Of a DNA stretch of 64,000 nt, positions 17,154 through 26,760 are shown piece after piece. The translations under genes were made by a program, and so were the position numbers. How positions within the stretch are numbered: the first letter of the stretch is position 1; every line of letters begins with the position of its first letter. Location: the NCBI GenBank assembly GCA_002478265.1, contig DLNC01000026.1, positions 6,792 through 70,791 of the forward strand, in the 5' to 3' direction. Source of the DNA: Syntrophaceae bacterium UBA7520 (lineage in GTDB: Bacteria > Desulfobacterota > Syntrophia > Syntrophales > Smithellaceae). The notes beneath the pieces are model-generated. The model worked only from the letters and a program-made list of their open reading frames with translations. It was not told the origin of the DNA and ran no database searches.

Positions 17154-18224
17154 ATGAAAAAAATATTTTTTTTAAAAATAATTGCCGCCACGCTGTTATT
17201 AGTTTTTTTCCAGGCATGCTATGTGGCCGCGCCCGTATATGAAACTCCCGGCAGAGGCGGAACTTATGACCCACCGGATATAGTTTTCCGGGCGCCCCCT
17301 TATGTGATCGTTATACCTGATACAGACAACGTTTATGTTGTTCCCCATATAGATATAGACCTATTTTTCTGGAACGGCTGGTGGTGGCGCCCATGGCAGG
17401 GACGCTGGTACCGCTCACCTTATTACAACCGGGGCTGGGTTCTTTTTAACGCTGTTCCATTTTTTTATTATGATGTTGATCCAGGCTGGAGAAGATATTA
17501 CAAAGATCGTAACTGGCGTGGCCACCGATGGGATTATGAACGTATTCCTCACGACCGGCTTAACCAAAACTGGCAGAACTGGAGAAACGACCGTTACTGG
17601 GAAAACAAAAGAACCTGGAACGTTCAGAACTATAAGCCTCGTCCGCAGGATCAGAAACAAAACCTCAGAAGACAGAGGCAAGACGAATATGAAAAAAGAC
17701 CTGAAATCAGACAACCGCAGTGGCAACCTGATATAAAACAGCCACCGCAACAGCCCGATATTAAAAGGCGGCCGGAGTTGCAGCAGCCACCAAGGCAACC
17801 GCAGGTTGAGCAGCCACAGGTTGCGCCACCGCCGCAGCCCGATATCCAACAGCCTCGGCGTCAACCACGGGGACAAAAACCGCAAATCAAGCCGCAGGTT
17901 GAACAGCCACAGGCTACTCCGCCACAACAGCCTGATATCCAACAACCACGGCGAGGGCATTGGGATCAAAGAACACCAGGTCAACCTCAGGTTGAGCAAC
18001 CACAGGTTGCACCACCGCAACGCACTGATATTAAAAGACGACCGGAGTTACAGCAACCACCAAGTCAACCGCAGGTTGAGCAGCCGCAGGTTGAGCAGCC
18101 GCAAGTTGCGCCGCCACAACAGCCTGAGATTCAAAAGCCACGGCGACAATCCGGTGATCAAAAGTCACAAAGAAGGCAGATTCTTAGACCGGAAAATCAG
18201 CCTGAAATTGAACAGCCGAATTGA
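17154..18224 (+). CDS. Lipoprotein with Trp/Arg/Tyr-rich domain and Pro/Gln-rich tandem repeats (unknown function)
   Basis: Lipobox-like LLLVFFQAC, a W/R/Y-rich segment (FFWNGWWWRPWQGRWYRSPYYNRGW), then ~4 copies of a ~31-aa PQVEQPQVAPPQQPDIQQPRR unit. Confidence 0.7.
   Translation: MKKIFFLKIIAATLLLVFFQACYVAAPVYETPGRGGTYDPPDIVFRAPPYVIVIPDTDNVYVVPHIDIDLFFWNGWWWRPWQGRWYRSPYYNRGWVLFNAVPFFYYDVDPGWRRYYKDRNWRGHRWDYERIPHDRLNQNWQNWRNDRYWENKRTWNVQNYKPRPQDQKQNLRRQRQDEYEKRPEIRQPQWQPDIKQPPQQPDIKRRPELQQPPRQPQVEQPQVAPPPQPDIQQPRRQPRGQKPQIKPQVEQPQATPPQQPDIQQPRRGHWDQRTPGQPQVEQPQVAPPQRTDIKRRPELQQPPSQPQVEQPQVEQPQVAPPQQPEIQKPRRQSGDQKSQRRQILRPENQPEIEQPN
17752..18150 (+). repeat. Intragenic tandem repeats (~93-bp units) encoding the PQ-rich segment
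   Basis: CCGCAGGTTGAGCAGCCACAGGTTGC-type units recur. 17752-17810 is closely repeated at 18021-18080. Confidence 0.75.
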
Positions 18225-18297
18225 AATTCTCAAGCGCAACAGCCGCAAAGATGATCTAAGCGGCAACAATTATGACAGCTGGGCCTTCCTCTCTTCA

Positions 18298-18325
18298 TTG
18301 CGCGGCGGTTTTTGCCGCCGCGCAA
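18298..18325 (+). terminator. Strong hairpin downstream of the lipoprotein gene (possible terminator, no U-tract)
   Basis: TTGCGCGGCGG-TTTTTG-CCGCCGCGCAA, an 11-bp GC-rich stem. It is followed by CAACAACAAC rather than a T-run. Confidence 0.4.
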
Positions 18326-18352
18326 CAACAACTTTGAAAAAGTGATTCGAGC

Positions 18353-18988
18353 TTGGAAAAATACACCATTTTGCAAAATACACTTCTGGGACTTAGCCTG
18401 GCCGCGCCCATCGGGCCGGTCAATGTAGAGATTATCAGGCGGGGATTGAAATCAGGATTCCGCCAGGCGCTTCTTGCAGGCGCCGGCGCCATGAGCGCGG
18501 ATGCCACCTACCTGACGCTGATTTTTTTCGGACTGATTTCCTTTTTAAATATTCACCTGATGAAGATAATTTTGGGAATTGGCGGAGGCATTATTTTGCT
18601 TTACCTGGGCGTGATGAGCGTAAAGGAATTTTTCCAGAAGCATTCCACCGCGGCAAACAAACCACGCCGCTTCTTCAAAAACTCCTACGTCGCGGGGTAT
18701 ACGCTGGCGTTTTTTTCACCGATGACAATTGTCTGGTGGATAGGCGTTTTCGGCGCGACGCTGGCGGCGCAAACCAATACCTTTCATAATGTTCATGCGT
18801 TTTTGTCCTGTCTTTCCATTTTACTGGGTTGTTTTCTTTGGGTTTTGTTTATCGCCACCGCGCTGCACTGGGGAAAAAAGATCATTAACGATAAATTCGT
18901 GAGACTTGTTTCGCTGATTGCCGGAGCTTTTCTTATCTTTTTTGGGATTTATTTTTTACAGCGGGCAGTGCGATTGTTGCTGACCTGA
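18353..18988 (+). CDS. LysE/RhtB-family amino-acid exporter
   Basis: N-terminal LGLSLAAPIGPVN signature and ~6 TM segments. TTG start. Confidence 0.75.
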   Translation: MEKYTILQNTLLGLSLAAPIGPVNVEIIRRGLKSGFRQALLAGAGAMSADATYLTLIFFGLISFLNIHLMKIILGIGGGIILLYLGVMSVKEFFQKHSTAANKPRRFFKNSYVAGYTLAFFSPMTIVWWIGVFGATLAAQTNTFHNVHAFLSCLSILLGCFLWVLFIATALHWGKKIINDKFVRLVSLIAGAFLIFFGIYFLQRAVRLLLT

Positions 18989-19025
18989 AACAGCAGGTAC
19001 AGTTAATTTAAATTTCTATATTTCG

Positions 19026-19049
19026 CCGGCATGCGCCGGGCAAGCTGCT
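19026..19049. repeat. 24-nt exact repeat unit (CCGGCATGCGCCGGGCAAGCTGCT)
   Basis: Identical to 12843-12866 and related to 1116-1150 and 3134-3168. Confidence 0.8.
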
Positions 19050-19220
19050 CATTGCACTTGCTCGCGAAGACATTACCGCACACTATCTGACACAAAAATC
19101 CATATTATCATCACCCTGGATTACCCTGTATCAACTGCGGGGCAGACTCTAATTCGCACTTCGTTCACTGATTCATGGCGACTAAAGCTTTTGCTACGGT
19201 GGGACAGCAGAGATAAATAT

Positions 19221-20093
19221 TTATTTATAGGTGGCAAAATCGCGCAGCAATTCCTCCAGGTCGGCCAGAGAAAAAACCGGGCCGTCGGAACAAACGTATT
19301 TATAACCGACGTTGCAGCGGCCGCATTTGCCGATGCCGCATTTCATGCGCATTTCCAATGAAGTTAGAATATTTTCCTTGGAAAATCCGAGCTCAAAGAA
19401 AACTGGCAGCGTGAATCTAATCATCACCGGCGGACCACAAATCACGGTCACGGCATTTTGGGGAGACGGAGCTATTTCCTTGCACACGGCGGGCACAAAA
19501 CCTTCGCGTCCCTGCCATGATTCATCGCCTTTATCAACCGTTATAATTGTTTTTATATCACTTCTTTTTTGCCAGGCGGCAAGTTCATTTTTATATAAAA
19601 GCAAGCCCGGATTTCTGGCGCCGTAAATGACAGTGATTTCGCCGAAGCGCTTGCGGTTGTCCTCATGCAGTATGTAGTTGACAAGCGATCGAAGCGTCGT
19701 AAAGGCGAACCCACCTCCTACCACCACGACATTTTTTTTCTCCAGAAATTCTATCGGCCAGGAATTGCCCAAAGGCCCGCGGATGCCTATCTGTGCTCCT
19801 TCATCCAAATCATGCAACGCGGACGTGACCGTTCCGGGAACGACGGTGCCCATACGCATTACCGTGAACTCGATGTACCCCTTTTCGGTGGGAGAAGAAG
19901 CAATGCCTATCGGAGATTCCCCTTTGCCGTAAATGGAAAGCTCCGCGAATTGTCCGGGAAGATATTTGAAGCTTGCTTCGTCTTCCTTATTTAAAAAAGA
20001 AAGCCGGAACGTTTTGATGTCGCGCGTATCCACTTCATCAATGATTTTAATCACTTTCATCGGAATAGGAATGTAGGGATTTTTGTTAATCAT
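19221..20093 (-). CDS. FlxA-like NAD(P)H:flavin oxidoreductase subunit (FAD/NAD-binding + C-terminal [2Fe-2S])
   Basis: PyrK/AsrB/HydG-like fold: PGQFAELS..GESPIGIAS, VVVGGGFAFT, C-terminal CGIGKCGRCNVG. It is the last gene of an hdrA-mvhD-flxC-flxB-flxA order. Confidence 0.75.
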   Translation of the reverse strand: MINKNPYIPIPMKVIKIIDEVDTRDIKTFRLSFLNKEDEASFKYLPGQFAELSIYGKGESPIGIASSPTEKGYIEFTVMRMGTVVPGTVTSALHDLDEGAQIGIRGPLGNSWPIEFLEKKNVVVVGGGFAFTTLRSLVNYILHEDNRKRFGEITVIYGARNPGLLLYKNELAAWQKRSDIKTIITVDKGDESWQGREGFVPAVCKEIAPSPQNAVTVICGPPVMIRFTLPVFFELGFSKENILTSLEMRMKCGIGKCGRCNVGYKYVCSDGPVFSLADLEELLRDFATYK

Positions 20094-20115
20094 TTATCTT
20101 TGGCCCTTTTAAAAA

Positions 20116-21153
20116 TCACGCCTTCATCGCGTCTTGTATTATGGAATAAATATCAATGTTCACCGGACAATACCTGGTGCAACGGCCGCAGCCCACGCAG
20201 GAAATCACGCCATACTTGCGCACATGAAACGAATATTTATGGCAGACTTTCTGTCGCAGGCGCTGATAAACATGCGTGCGCGGATTATGCCCGCTGGCTT
20301 CCAGCGTGAAATCCGTGAACATGCAGGCATCCCAAACGCGGCGGCGCACGCCCCGGCTGAAAAGAGTATCATCACAAATATCAAAACAATAACAGGTCGG
20401 ACAGACGAAAGTGCAGATGCCGCAACTGAGGCAGGCGGCAGACTGTGCCTGCCAAAACTCGCCTGAATGAAAAATATCCTCCAGCTTTTTGGCGATCACC
20501 TGCGGATCCAGGCACATATTGCGCGTCTGATGCTGGCTTCCTTTTTTAATATATTCTTCAAAATATTTTTTATCCGCCGGTTTGCCCTCGCCGAGCATTG
20601 CAAGCCGCGCCAGTATTTCTTCTCCTTGCGGCGTAATAGCTTTCATGAGCAAATCTTCGCCTTTTTTCACCATAAATACGTCGCTGCCTTCAGGATCGGC
20701 GGCGCCGATACCCAGCGTCTGATAAAAATCGGCGTCCTGCGCGGGAATATCCAGATCGAAGGCGGAGCCGAATATTACCGTTGCATCTCTTCTTTGCTGC
20801 CAGTAGGGATCGATGATTCCGGAGGCGTGAAAATGAATATCCATGATTTGAAAGCTCTTTGCGTCGCAGGGACGAACACCGAACAAAAATGTTGCCTTAA
20901 TATTTAAGGCAACCGGCTGCGCCTCGGCAACGGGCTTCGCTGTTTCATATCTGACAAAATCTTCTTTCTGAGGAAGAAAAACGGTTTTCGGGCTGACAAT
21001 CGTGTTGTAATAATCCAAATCAAGCTGCTGCGGGTCTTTGATCTCGGCAAAATTGTGGCCCGCCGCCTCCTTGACCGGCGCGAGCAGCGTTCCTTTTTCC
21101 ATCAGAGCCGCGGCCAAATCATTTATCTTCTTAATGGATATTTTTTTTAGCAA
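20116..21153 (-). CDS. FlxB-like iron-sulfur subunit (AsrA/HydB-like, 2x[4Fe-4S])
   Basis: FGVRPCDA, CLSCGICTFVCPTCYCFD, CVGCGRCTRYCP. The ORF track starts at 21204 (41-nt overlap with the upstream gene). An in-frame TTG at 21153 has a GTGAGG SD and matches the N-terminus of the paralog at 26761..27783. Confidence 0.7.
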   Translation of the reverse strand: MLKKISIKKINDLAAALMEKGTLLAPVKEAAGHNFAEIKDPQQLDLDYYNTIVSPKTVFLPQKEDFVRYETAKPVAEAQPVALNIKATFLFGVRPCDAKSFQIMDIHFHASGIIDPYWQQRRDATVIFGSAFDLDIPAQDADFYQTLGIGAADPEGSDVFMVKKGEDLLMKAITPQGEEILARLAMLGEGKPADKKYFEEYIKKGSQHQTRNMCLDPQVIAKKLEDIFHSGEFWQAQSAACLSCGICTFVCPTCYCFDICDDTLFSRGVRRRVWDACMFTDFTLEASGHNPRTHVYQRLRQKVCHKYSFHVRKYGVISCVGCGRCTRYCPVNIDIYSIIQDAMKA

Positions 21154-21163
21154 AAAACTTACC

Positions 21164-22027
21164 TCACTTAAGAATTTGATCGGAATCTTCCACCCGGAAA
21201 TCAACCAGCACCGGTTTATCTTCCAGCTTCATCCCCGCGGCCTGACCGAACATTTCCTCGCATTCCTTGGCCACTTTTTTGTGAAAAAGATACAGAGGAA
21301 TGCCCACCGGACAGGCGCGTGAACATTCGCCGCAATCAATGCAACGGCCAGCCAGATGATGAAATCTCGTCAGGTGATACATCATATTACCGGGTGACTG
21401 TGGAGCTTTGTCCGCCCAGCGGGGTTTGTTCTGATCGATAAAACACGGATCGCAATAGCACATCGGACAGGCCTTGCGACAGGCGTAACAGCGGATGCAC
21501 TTATCCAGCTGACCCTTCCAAAACGCCCAGCGCGCCTCTTTGTCCATTGCTTCATAATCGGCGAGCACTGCGTAGGGCGAAACAGTCTTCTGACCGCGGA
21601 TTTCTTCCCCCAGCAAAATATCATATTCTACGGGATTATAAAGACCGCCCGTTGTTCTGCTGTCTATTAACTGATCTGTTTTGGGATCTTTCATGCCGGA
21701 GGCCGGAATGCCCAGGATAACCAAATCCTCGCGACGAACTTTTTCCTCCTGAATAAGCACGACAAGCGCGCGGCTGTCCGCCGCTTTGGCCGCGATGGCA
21801 ATTTTAGCAGCGTCAGGAAAGCGCATGATGTACCTGGCCATGTTGAAATTACAGTATTCGTTAAAGACAATTTTTTCCACATCGGCAACAGATTTAGCAG
21901 CAAAAGGCATGGGGTGTTTTTCATCATAGCCGCGGGTGTAGGCCAAAACCACGGGCACTTCGGCCGATTCAAGCAATTTTTTTGCTTCCTTTTTCAGATT
22001 GTTTTCGATCTGCTTGAAATCGGTCAT
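21164..22027 (-). CDS. FlxC-like iron-sulfur subunit
   Basis: CIRCYACRKACPMCYC and CIDCGECSRACP clusters. Paralog of 29265..30272. 4-bp overlap with mvhD. Confidence 0.7.
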   Translation of the reverse strand: MTDFKQIENNLKKEAKKLLESAEVPVVLAYTRGYDEKHPMPFAAKSVADVEKIVFNEYCNFNMARYIMRFPDAAKIAIAAKAADSRALVVLIQEEKVRREDLVILGIPASGMKDPKTDQLIDSRTTGGLYNPVEYDILLGEEIRGQKTVSPYAVLADYEAMDKEARWAFWKGQLDKCIRCYACRKACPMCYCDPCFIDQNKPRWADKAPQSPGNMMYHLTRFHHLAGRCIDCGECSRACPVGIPLYLFHKKVAKECEEMFGQAAGMKLEDKPVLVDFRVEDSDQILK

Positions 22028-22455
22028 ATCTTCTCCAGAAGCTCGTCTATTTTCAGCTTTTGCTGCGGACCAAGCTCTTTTATCTGTGCGGTGAATTCGG
22101 TAACCACTTGTGCGAACTTATTGCCTTCCGAGGCGGAAATCCACTCCACGCGGAAGCGCTCCGGTTCCAGGCCGGCAAACTCCAGTATTTTTTTTGTTAC
22201 GGCCAATCTTCTTCTGGCGTAAAGATTTCCCGTGTTGTAGTGACAGTCGCCTGGATGACACCCGCCGACCAACACACCGTCCGCCCCCAGCTGGAAAGCG
22301 CGGAAAATAAATGAAGGATTGATACGGCTGGAACACATTACGCGAACCACCCGGAGGTTCTGCGGGTAATGCAGCCGGGTTGTCCCGGCCAGGTCAGCGC
22401 CGGTGTATGTGCACCAGTTACAGGCGATGCCCAGTATTTTCGGCTCAAACGACAT
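22024..22455 (-). CDS. mvhD: MvhD/FlxD-like subunit (Cys form)
   Basis: CNWCTYTGADLAG, GADGVLVGGCHPGDCHY, WISASEG. Confidence 0.85.
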   Translation of the reverse strand: MSFEPKILGIACNWCTYTGADLAGTTRLHYPQNLRVVRVMCSSRINPSFIFRAFQLGADGVLVGGCHPGDCHYNTGNLYARRRLAVTKKILEFAGLEPERFRVEWISASEGNKFAQVVTEFTAQIKELGPQQKLKIDELLEKI

Positions 22456-22496
22456 GAAAACCCTTTCTTCCGAAATCCTTATTTCAAACTTAAATT

Positions 22497-22562
22497 GTCA
22501 TTGCCAGCGCGAAGCAATCCAAATCCTTAAGAGATCGCCACGTCGCTATGCCTCGCGATGAT
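22497..22562. repeat. REP-like palindromic element inside the operon, between hdrA and mvhD
   Basis: GTCATTGCCAGCGCGAAGCAATCC ... GAGATCGCCACGTCGCTATGCCTCGCGATGAT, the same arm architecture as 948..1051. Confidence 0.7.
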
Positions 22563-22574
22563 AAGAACATAATT

Positions 22575-24524
22575 TTAAAACTCCATTAACCCTTCCATTT
22601 CCGCCAAAACCTGTTCATTGGTAAAGTGGCGGGCGATAATCGCCGATGACGGACAGACGGACGCGCAAAGACCGCAGCCCTTGCATAGGGCCTCGTTGAT
22701 TTCGGAAACTCCTTTTTGCTCATTAAAGAACGGCGCGCCGTAAGGACATACGCGCACGCAATTCTGACAACCGCAGCAAGAAGCCGGATTGACCATGGCA
22801 GTTGTCGCCTCCAGTTCCATCTTCTGCCGGGAAACAATTGTGAGCGCTTCCGCCGCCGCGCCGTTGGCCTGTGCCACCGTGTCCGGAATATCCTTGGGAC
22901 TCTGGCAAACGCCCGCGATGAAAATTCCCTCAGACATGGTGGCTAAAGGCGCGAGCTTCGGATGCCGCTCCATGAAAAAACCGTTTTTGTCAGTGCTCAG
23001 GTTAAAAAGCCGCGCGATTTCCTTATAATCACTTCTGGGAACCATGGCCGGGGAAAGCACCACCATATCCACCGGCAAACGGACAAATTTTCCGGTTATG
23101 GTATCTTCCGCCTCGACAATAAGTCGCTGCGGCTCATCCGCGCTCGGCGCCACGCGCGTGCCCTTACCGCGGATAAATTTGACGTCTTCCTCGATAATCC
23201 GGTTATAAAATTCCTCATATCCCTTTCCCGCCGCCCGGATATCGATATAGAGCTGATAAACATCGGCGGATGTTTTTTCGCGGAACAGGTGAGCGAATTT
23301 CAGCGAATACATGCAACACACGCGGCTGCAATGTTCGTAATTATTTTTATCGCGGCTGCCGACGCAATGCAATATGGCAATGGCCTGCGGCTCCTTCCCG
23401 TCGCGCATGGTCACTTTACCACTGGTAGGTCCGGCGGAATTGAACAATCTTTCCACTTCCAGCGCGTGATAAACTCCTGGATATTTTCCGTAACCATACT
23501 GAATCAGTGGCCTGGTATCCATCAGATCATACCCGGTCGCCACGATAACCGCGCCGACTTTGAAATTAAGAAAACTGTCATGTTGTTCGAAATCAATCGC
23601 CTTCTGCTCGCAGACTTTTTCGCACAGACGGCACTTCCCTTTCAGAAAATACGTGCAGGAATCACGGTCGATGACGGGTCTTTGCGGCACGGCCTGGGGA
23701 AAAGGAATATGAATCGCTTTGCGCTTAATCAGGCCTTCATCCCACCCGGAAATTCCCTTGCCGGGGCATTTTTCCGTGCAGGCGAGGCAGGCATTGCATT
23801 TGTCGTGATTTACATACCGCGCCTTCTGACGCACCGTAATATCAAAATTACCGACATATCCCTTAACTTCGCTCACCTCGCAATAAGTCAAAAGAGTTAT
23901 GTTGGGGTGCTGCAAAACCGCGTCCATCTTCGGCGTCAAAATACAGGCGGAACAATCCAGCGTGGGGAAGGTCTTGTCAAACTGCGCCATATGGCCGCCA
24001 ATCGTCGAATTTTTTTCCACCAGATAAACTTTTTTACCGGTGTTGGCCAACTCCAGCGCGGCCTGGATGCCGGCAATGCCGCCGCCGACAACCATCACAT
24101 CGGAATTGACATCAATGACACGCGAAGAAAGCGGCGCCAGAAGCCGCGCGCGATAAACAGCGCCGTTGAGCAGCGCTTTTGCCTTGGCGGTGCCCTCTTC
24201 TATATCATCGGTGACCCAGGAAACCTGCTCGCGGATATTGACAATGGTCAGCAGATACTGGTTCAGGCCGGCTTTCTCGATAACCTTACGGAAAGTATGT
24301 TCATGCATCAGCGGCGAGCAGGCGGTGACAATCACGCGATCGAGACGATGTTCCCTGATATCGTTGGCAATCATGTCCTGTCCGGGCGTGGAACACATGA
24401 AGCGGTAATCTTTCGCCACAACCACGTCCGGCAAACCGGCGGCAAAGTGCGCCAGTTCGCTGACGCGCACAGTTTGGGAAATATTATGTCCGCAATGGCA
24501 GACAAAAACCCCTATTCTGCTCAC
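22575..24524 (-). CDS. hdrA: Heterodisulfide reductase subunit A (FAD, multiple Fe-S)
   Basis: IGVFVCHCGHNIS, VVGGGIAGIQAALELA, DKTFPTLDCSACIL, HCVGSRD...CSRVCCMY, C-terminal CCGCQNCVRVCP / CKGCGLCASVCP. Confidence 0.9.
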   Translation of the reverse strand: MSRIGVFVCHCGHNISQTVRVSELAHFAAGLPDVVVAKDYRFMCSTPGQDMIANDIREHRLDRVIVTACSPLMHEHTFRKVIEKAGLNQYLLTIVNIREQVSWVTDDIEEGTAKAKALLNGAVYRARLLAPLSSRVIDVNSDVMVVGGGIAGIQAALELANTGKKVYLVEKNSTIGGHMAQFDKTFPTLDCSACILTPKMDAVLQHPNITLLTYCEVSEVKGYVGNFDITVRQKARYVNHDKCNACLACTEKCPGKGISGWDEGLIKRKAIHIPFPQAVPQRPVIDRDSCTYFLKGKCRLCEKVCEQKAIDFEQHDSFLNFKVGAVIVATGYDLMDTRPLIQYGYGKYPGVYHALEVERLFNSAGPTSGKVTMRDGKEPQAIAILHCVGSRDKNNYEHCSRVCCMYSLKFAHLFREKTSADVYQLYIDIRAAGKGYEEFYNRIIEEDVKFIRGKGTRVAPSADEPQRLIVEAEDTITGKFVRLPVDMVVLSPAMVPRSDYKEIARLFNLSTDKNGFFMERHPKLAPLATMSEGIFIAGVCQSPKDIPDTVAQANGAAAEALTIVSRQKMELEATTAMVNPASCCGCQNCVRVCPYGAPFFNEQKGVSEINEALCKGCGLCASVCPSSAIIARHFTNEQVLAEMEGLMEF

Positions 24525-24569
24525 CGCATTTCTCCGCTATTTAAAAATAAATGGCACATAGAAATATCT

Positions 24570-25751
24570 TTAATCAGTCGCACAGACATCTCCCACAGAT
24601 TCATCGATATTAATTTCCATGCTCTCCAGCAGCAATTCCGTGACGTCTCTGACGGTGATTTTATCATCCACATTGAGCGTACGGACGCTGTCTTCGAACA
24701 TCGTGATGCAATAGGGACAGGCGGTCGCCAAAACCGTCGCGCCGGTGGCCAGCGCTTCTTCAATGCGCAAATCGCTCAGCCGCTCGCCCTTTAACTTTTC
24801 CATCCACAGTCCGCCGCCGCCGCCGCCGCAGCACATGCTCTGCTCGCGGCTGCGCTCCATCTCCATCAATTTCAGACCGGGAATAGCTTTGAGTACATTG
24901 CGTGGCGCATCATAAACACCGCTGTGACGACCCAGATAGCAGGGATCGTGGTAGGTTACCACAATGCCGCCGAAATCCTTTTTCGGTTTTATTTTTCCTT
25001 CTTTTATTTTTTTATCAAGTAATTGCGTGAAATGCACGACTGAATAATCTTCACCGTACTCTTTATTAAATGTGGCCAGGCAATGTGGAGATACTGTAAT
25101 CATTTTAGCCACATTCCGCGATTGAAAATAATCCAGGTTCTTTTGTTTGAGGCGCGCAAATAAATCAAGGTCGCCGACTTTTCTGACGCTTTCCCCGCAG
25201 CAGTTTACCTCCGCAGCGGGAAGCCCCCAACTGATGCCGGTTTCATTCAATAAAGCGGCTGTCGTTTTCGCGATGCGGACATTACGCGGATCATAGCAAA
25301 CGGTGCAGCATGTCCAAAAAAGATATTCCATCTCCGGAGCATAGAGAGGATATTTCTGTCCGGCCCAGTCGTTTCTTTTTGCCTGGTCGCCCGACCAAGG
25401 ATTGCCGCGCGCCGCCAGAGATCCGACAAAAGCGCGCAAACTCTGCGGCAGCATGCCGCCGCCGCTGTAGACATTGCGAATGGCTGTCACGATATCGATA
25501 ATTTCCACGCCGCGGGGACAGCGATCCACACAGAATTTACACGTGGAACAACCCCACATAAACTCCTCAATGCCGTCAAAGCCCAGCTGACCGTAACGCA
25601 CCAGCTTGCGGATATTAAAGTGCGTTATCGGCGTCCACGGGCAGGTGCCGGAACAGGTGCCGCACTGATAGCATTTCTTCAGCGCCTCGCCGCCTGCCTC
25701 CATAATCGCCTGCGACATTTCCAGGTATGGCGTTATTGCCTGTGACATCAA
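24570..25751 (-). CDS. HdrD-like fused HdrC/HdrB protein (2x[4Fe-4S] + two CCG domains)
   Basis: CYQCGTCSGTCPW and CSTCKFCVDRCP, followed by the CCG motifs VNCCGES and SMCCGGGGG. Confidence 0.8.
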   Translation of the reverse strand: MMSQAITPYLEMSQAIMEAGGEALKKCYQCGTCSGTCPWTPITHFNIRKLVRYGQLGFDGIEEFMWGCSTCKFCVDRCPRGVEIIDIVTAIRNVYSGGGMLPQSLRAFVGSLAARGNPWSGDQAKRNDWAGQKYPLYAPEMEYLFWTCCTVCYDPRNVRIAKTTAALLNETGISWGLPAAEVNCCGESVRKVGDLDLFARLKQKNLDYFQSRNVAKMITVSPHCLATFNKEYGEDYSVVHFTQLLDKKIKEGKIKPKKDFGGIVVTYHDPCYLGRHSGVYDAPRNVLKAIPGLKLMEMERSREQSMCCGGGGGGLWMEKLKGERLSDLRIEEALATGATVLATACPYCITMFEDSVRTLNVDDKITVRDVTELLLESMEINIDESVGDVCATD

Positions 25752-25906
25752 ACATCTCCTCGAATAGTGAACGGATTCACGCTCTTGCTACCACATAAAA
25801 AATCAAACCGCAAATTCAAACTTGACAAAAAGCCGGCGGCGGATACTTTTCTCCGCCCGAAAACACGATCCCGGAAAATTTATCAATATTTGAGAATGTG
25901 AGGAAA

Positions 25907-26746
25907 CTAGTATTCGGGTGTCAGCTTGTCGAGCTCCGCCAGGGAAAATACCGGCCCGTCTTTGCAGACGTATTTGCTGCCCACATTGCAGCGTCCGCAT
26001 TTGCCGATGCCGCATTTCATGCGCATTTCCAGCGAGGTAATAATATTTTCCTTGGAAAAACCCAATTCAAAAAATACCGGCAAAGTGAAGCGGATCATCA
26101 CGGGGGGCCCGCAGATAACTGCCACCGCGTTTTCCTTGCTGGGAGCGACTTCCTTGCAGACGGCGGGCACAAACCCTTCTCTGCCCTTCCAGCTGGCATC
26201 ACCTTTGTCCACCGTCACGTTAAGGTTCAAATCAGTCCGTTTTCCCCATTCGGCCAGCTCGTCTTTGTAAAGTAAAAGCCCCGGAGTTCTGGCGCCGTAG
26301 ATTACAGTAATATTTCCGAAACGCTTCCGGTTGTCTTCATGCAGCATGTAATTTATCAGCGAGCGCAGGGTGGTGAAGGCAAAACCGCCGCCGACCACGA
26401 CAATGTTTTTCCCCGCAAGATAATCCAGCGGCCAGGAATTCCCTAATGGGCCGCGAATGCCCATGAGCGTTCCTTCTTCCATTTCATGCAGCGCCGTGGT
26501 TACCACTCCTGCTTTCTGCACGGTGAATTCCACATAACCTTTTTGCGTGGGTGATGAAGCAATGCCGATCGGGCACTCACCCTTCCCGAAAATGGAAAGC
26601 TCTCCGAATTGACCTGGAATGTAAGCGTATTTCTGTTCATCTTCCGGATTAACAAATTTCAAGCGGAAAGTTTTGATGTCCTTGGTATCGACTTCGGTAA
26701 TAATTTTATCCACGACAACAGGATAAGGAATATACGGGTTTTGCAT
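25907..26746 (-). CDS. FlxA-like NAD(P)H:flavin oxidoreductase subunit, second copy
   Basis: Colinear with 19221..20093 and judged by eye to be more than 60% identical. C-terminal CGIGKCGRCNVG. Confidence 0.75.
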   Translation of the reverse strand: MQNPYIPYPVVVDKIITEVDTKDIKTFRLKFVNPEDEQKYAYIPGQFGELSIFGKGECPIGIASSPTQKGYVEFTVQKAGVVTTALHEMEEGTLMGIRGPLGNSWPLDYLAGKNIVVVGGGFAFTTLRSLINYMLHEDNRKRFGNITVIYGARTPGLLLYKDELAEWGKRTDLNLNVTVDKGDASWKGREGFVPAVCKEVAPSKENAVAVICGPPVMIRFTLPVFFELGFSKENIITSLEMRMKCGIGKCGRCNVGSKYVCKDGPVFSLAELDKLTPEY

Positions 26747-26760
26747 TACTTACTCCCTGA

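Noticed and set aside
17415-18345. ORFs 17415..18020 (-) and 17806..18345 (+) across the PQ-repeat region
   Set aside because: These are alternative-frame or antisense readings of the tandem repeat. The frame starting at 17154 has the lipoprotein signal and a continuous ORF.
22962-24794. 610-aa plus-strand ORF
   Set aside because: It is antisense to hdrA and the hdrD-like gene, which carry unambiguous cofactor motifs. Its product is Arg/Gly/His-rich low-information sequence, typical of antisense frames.
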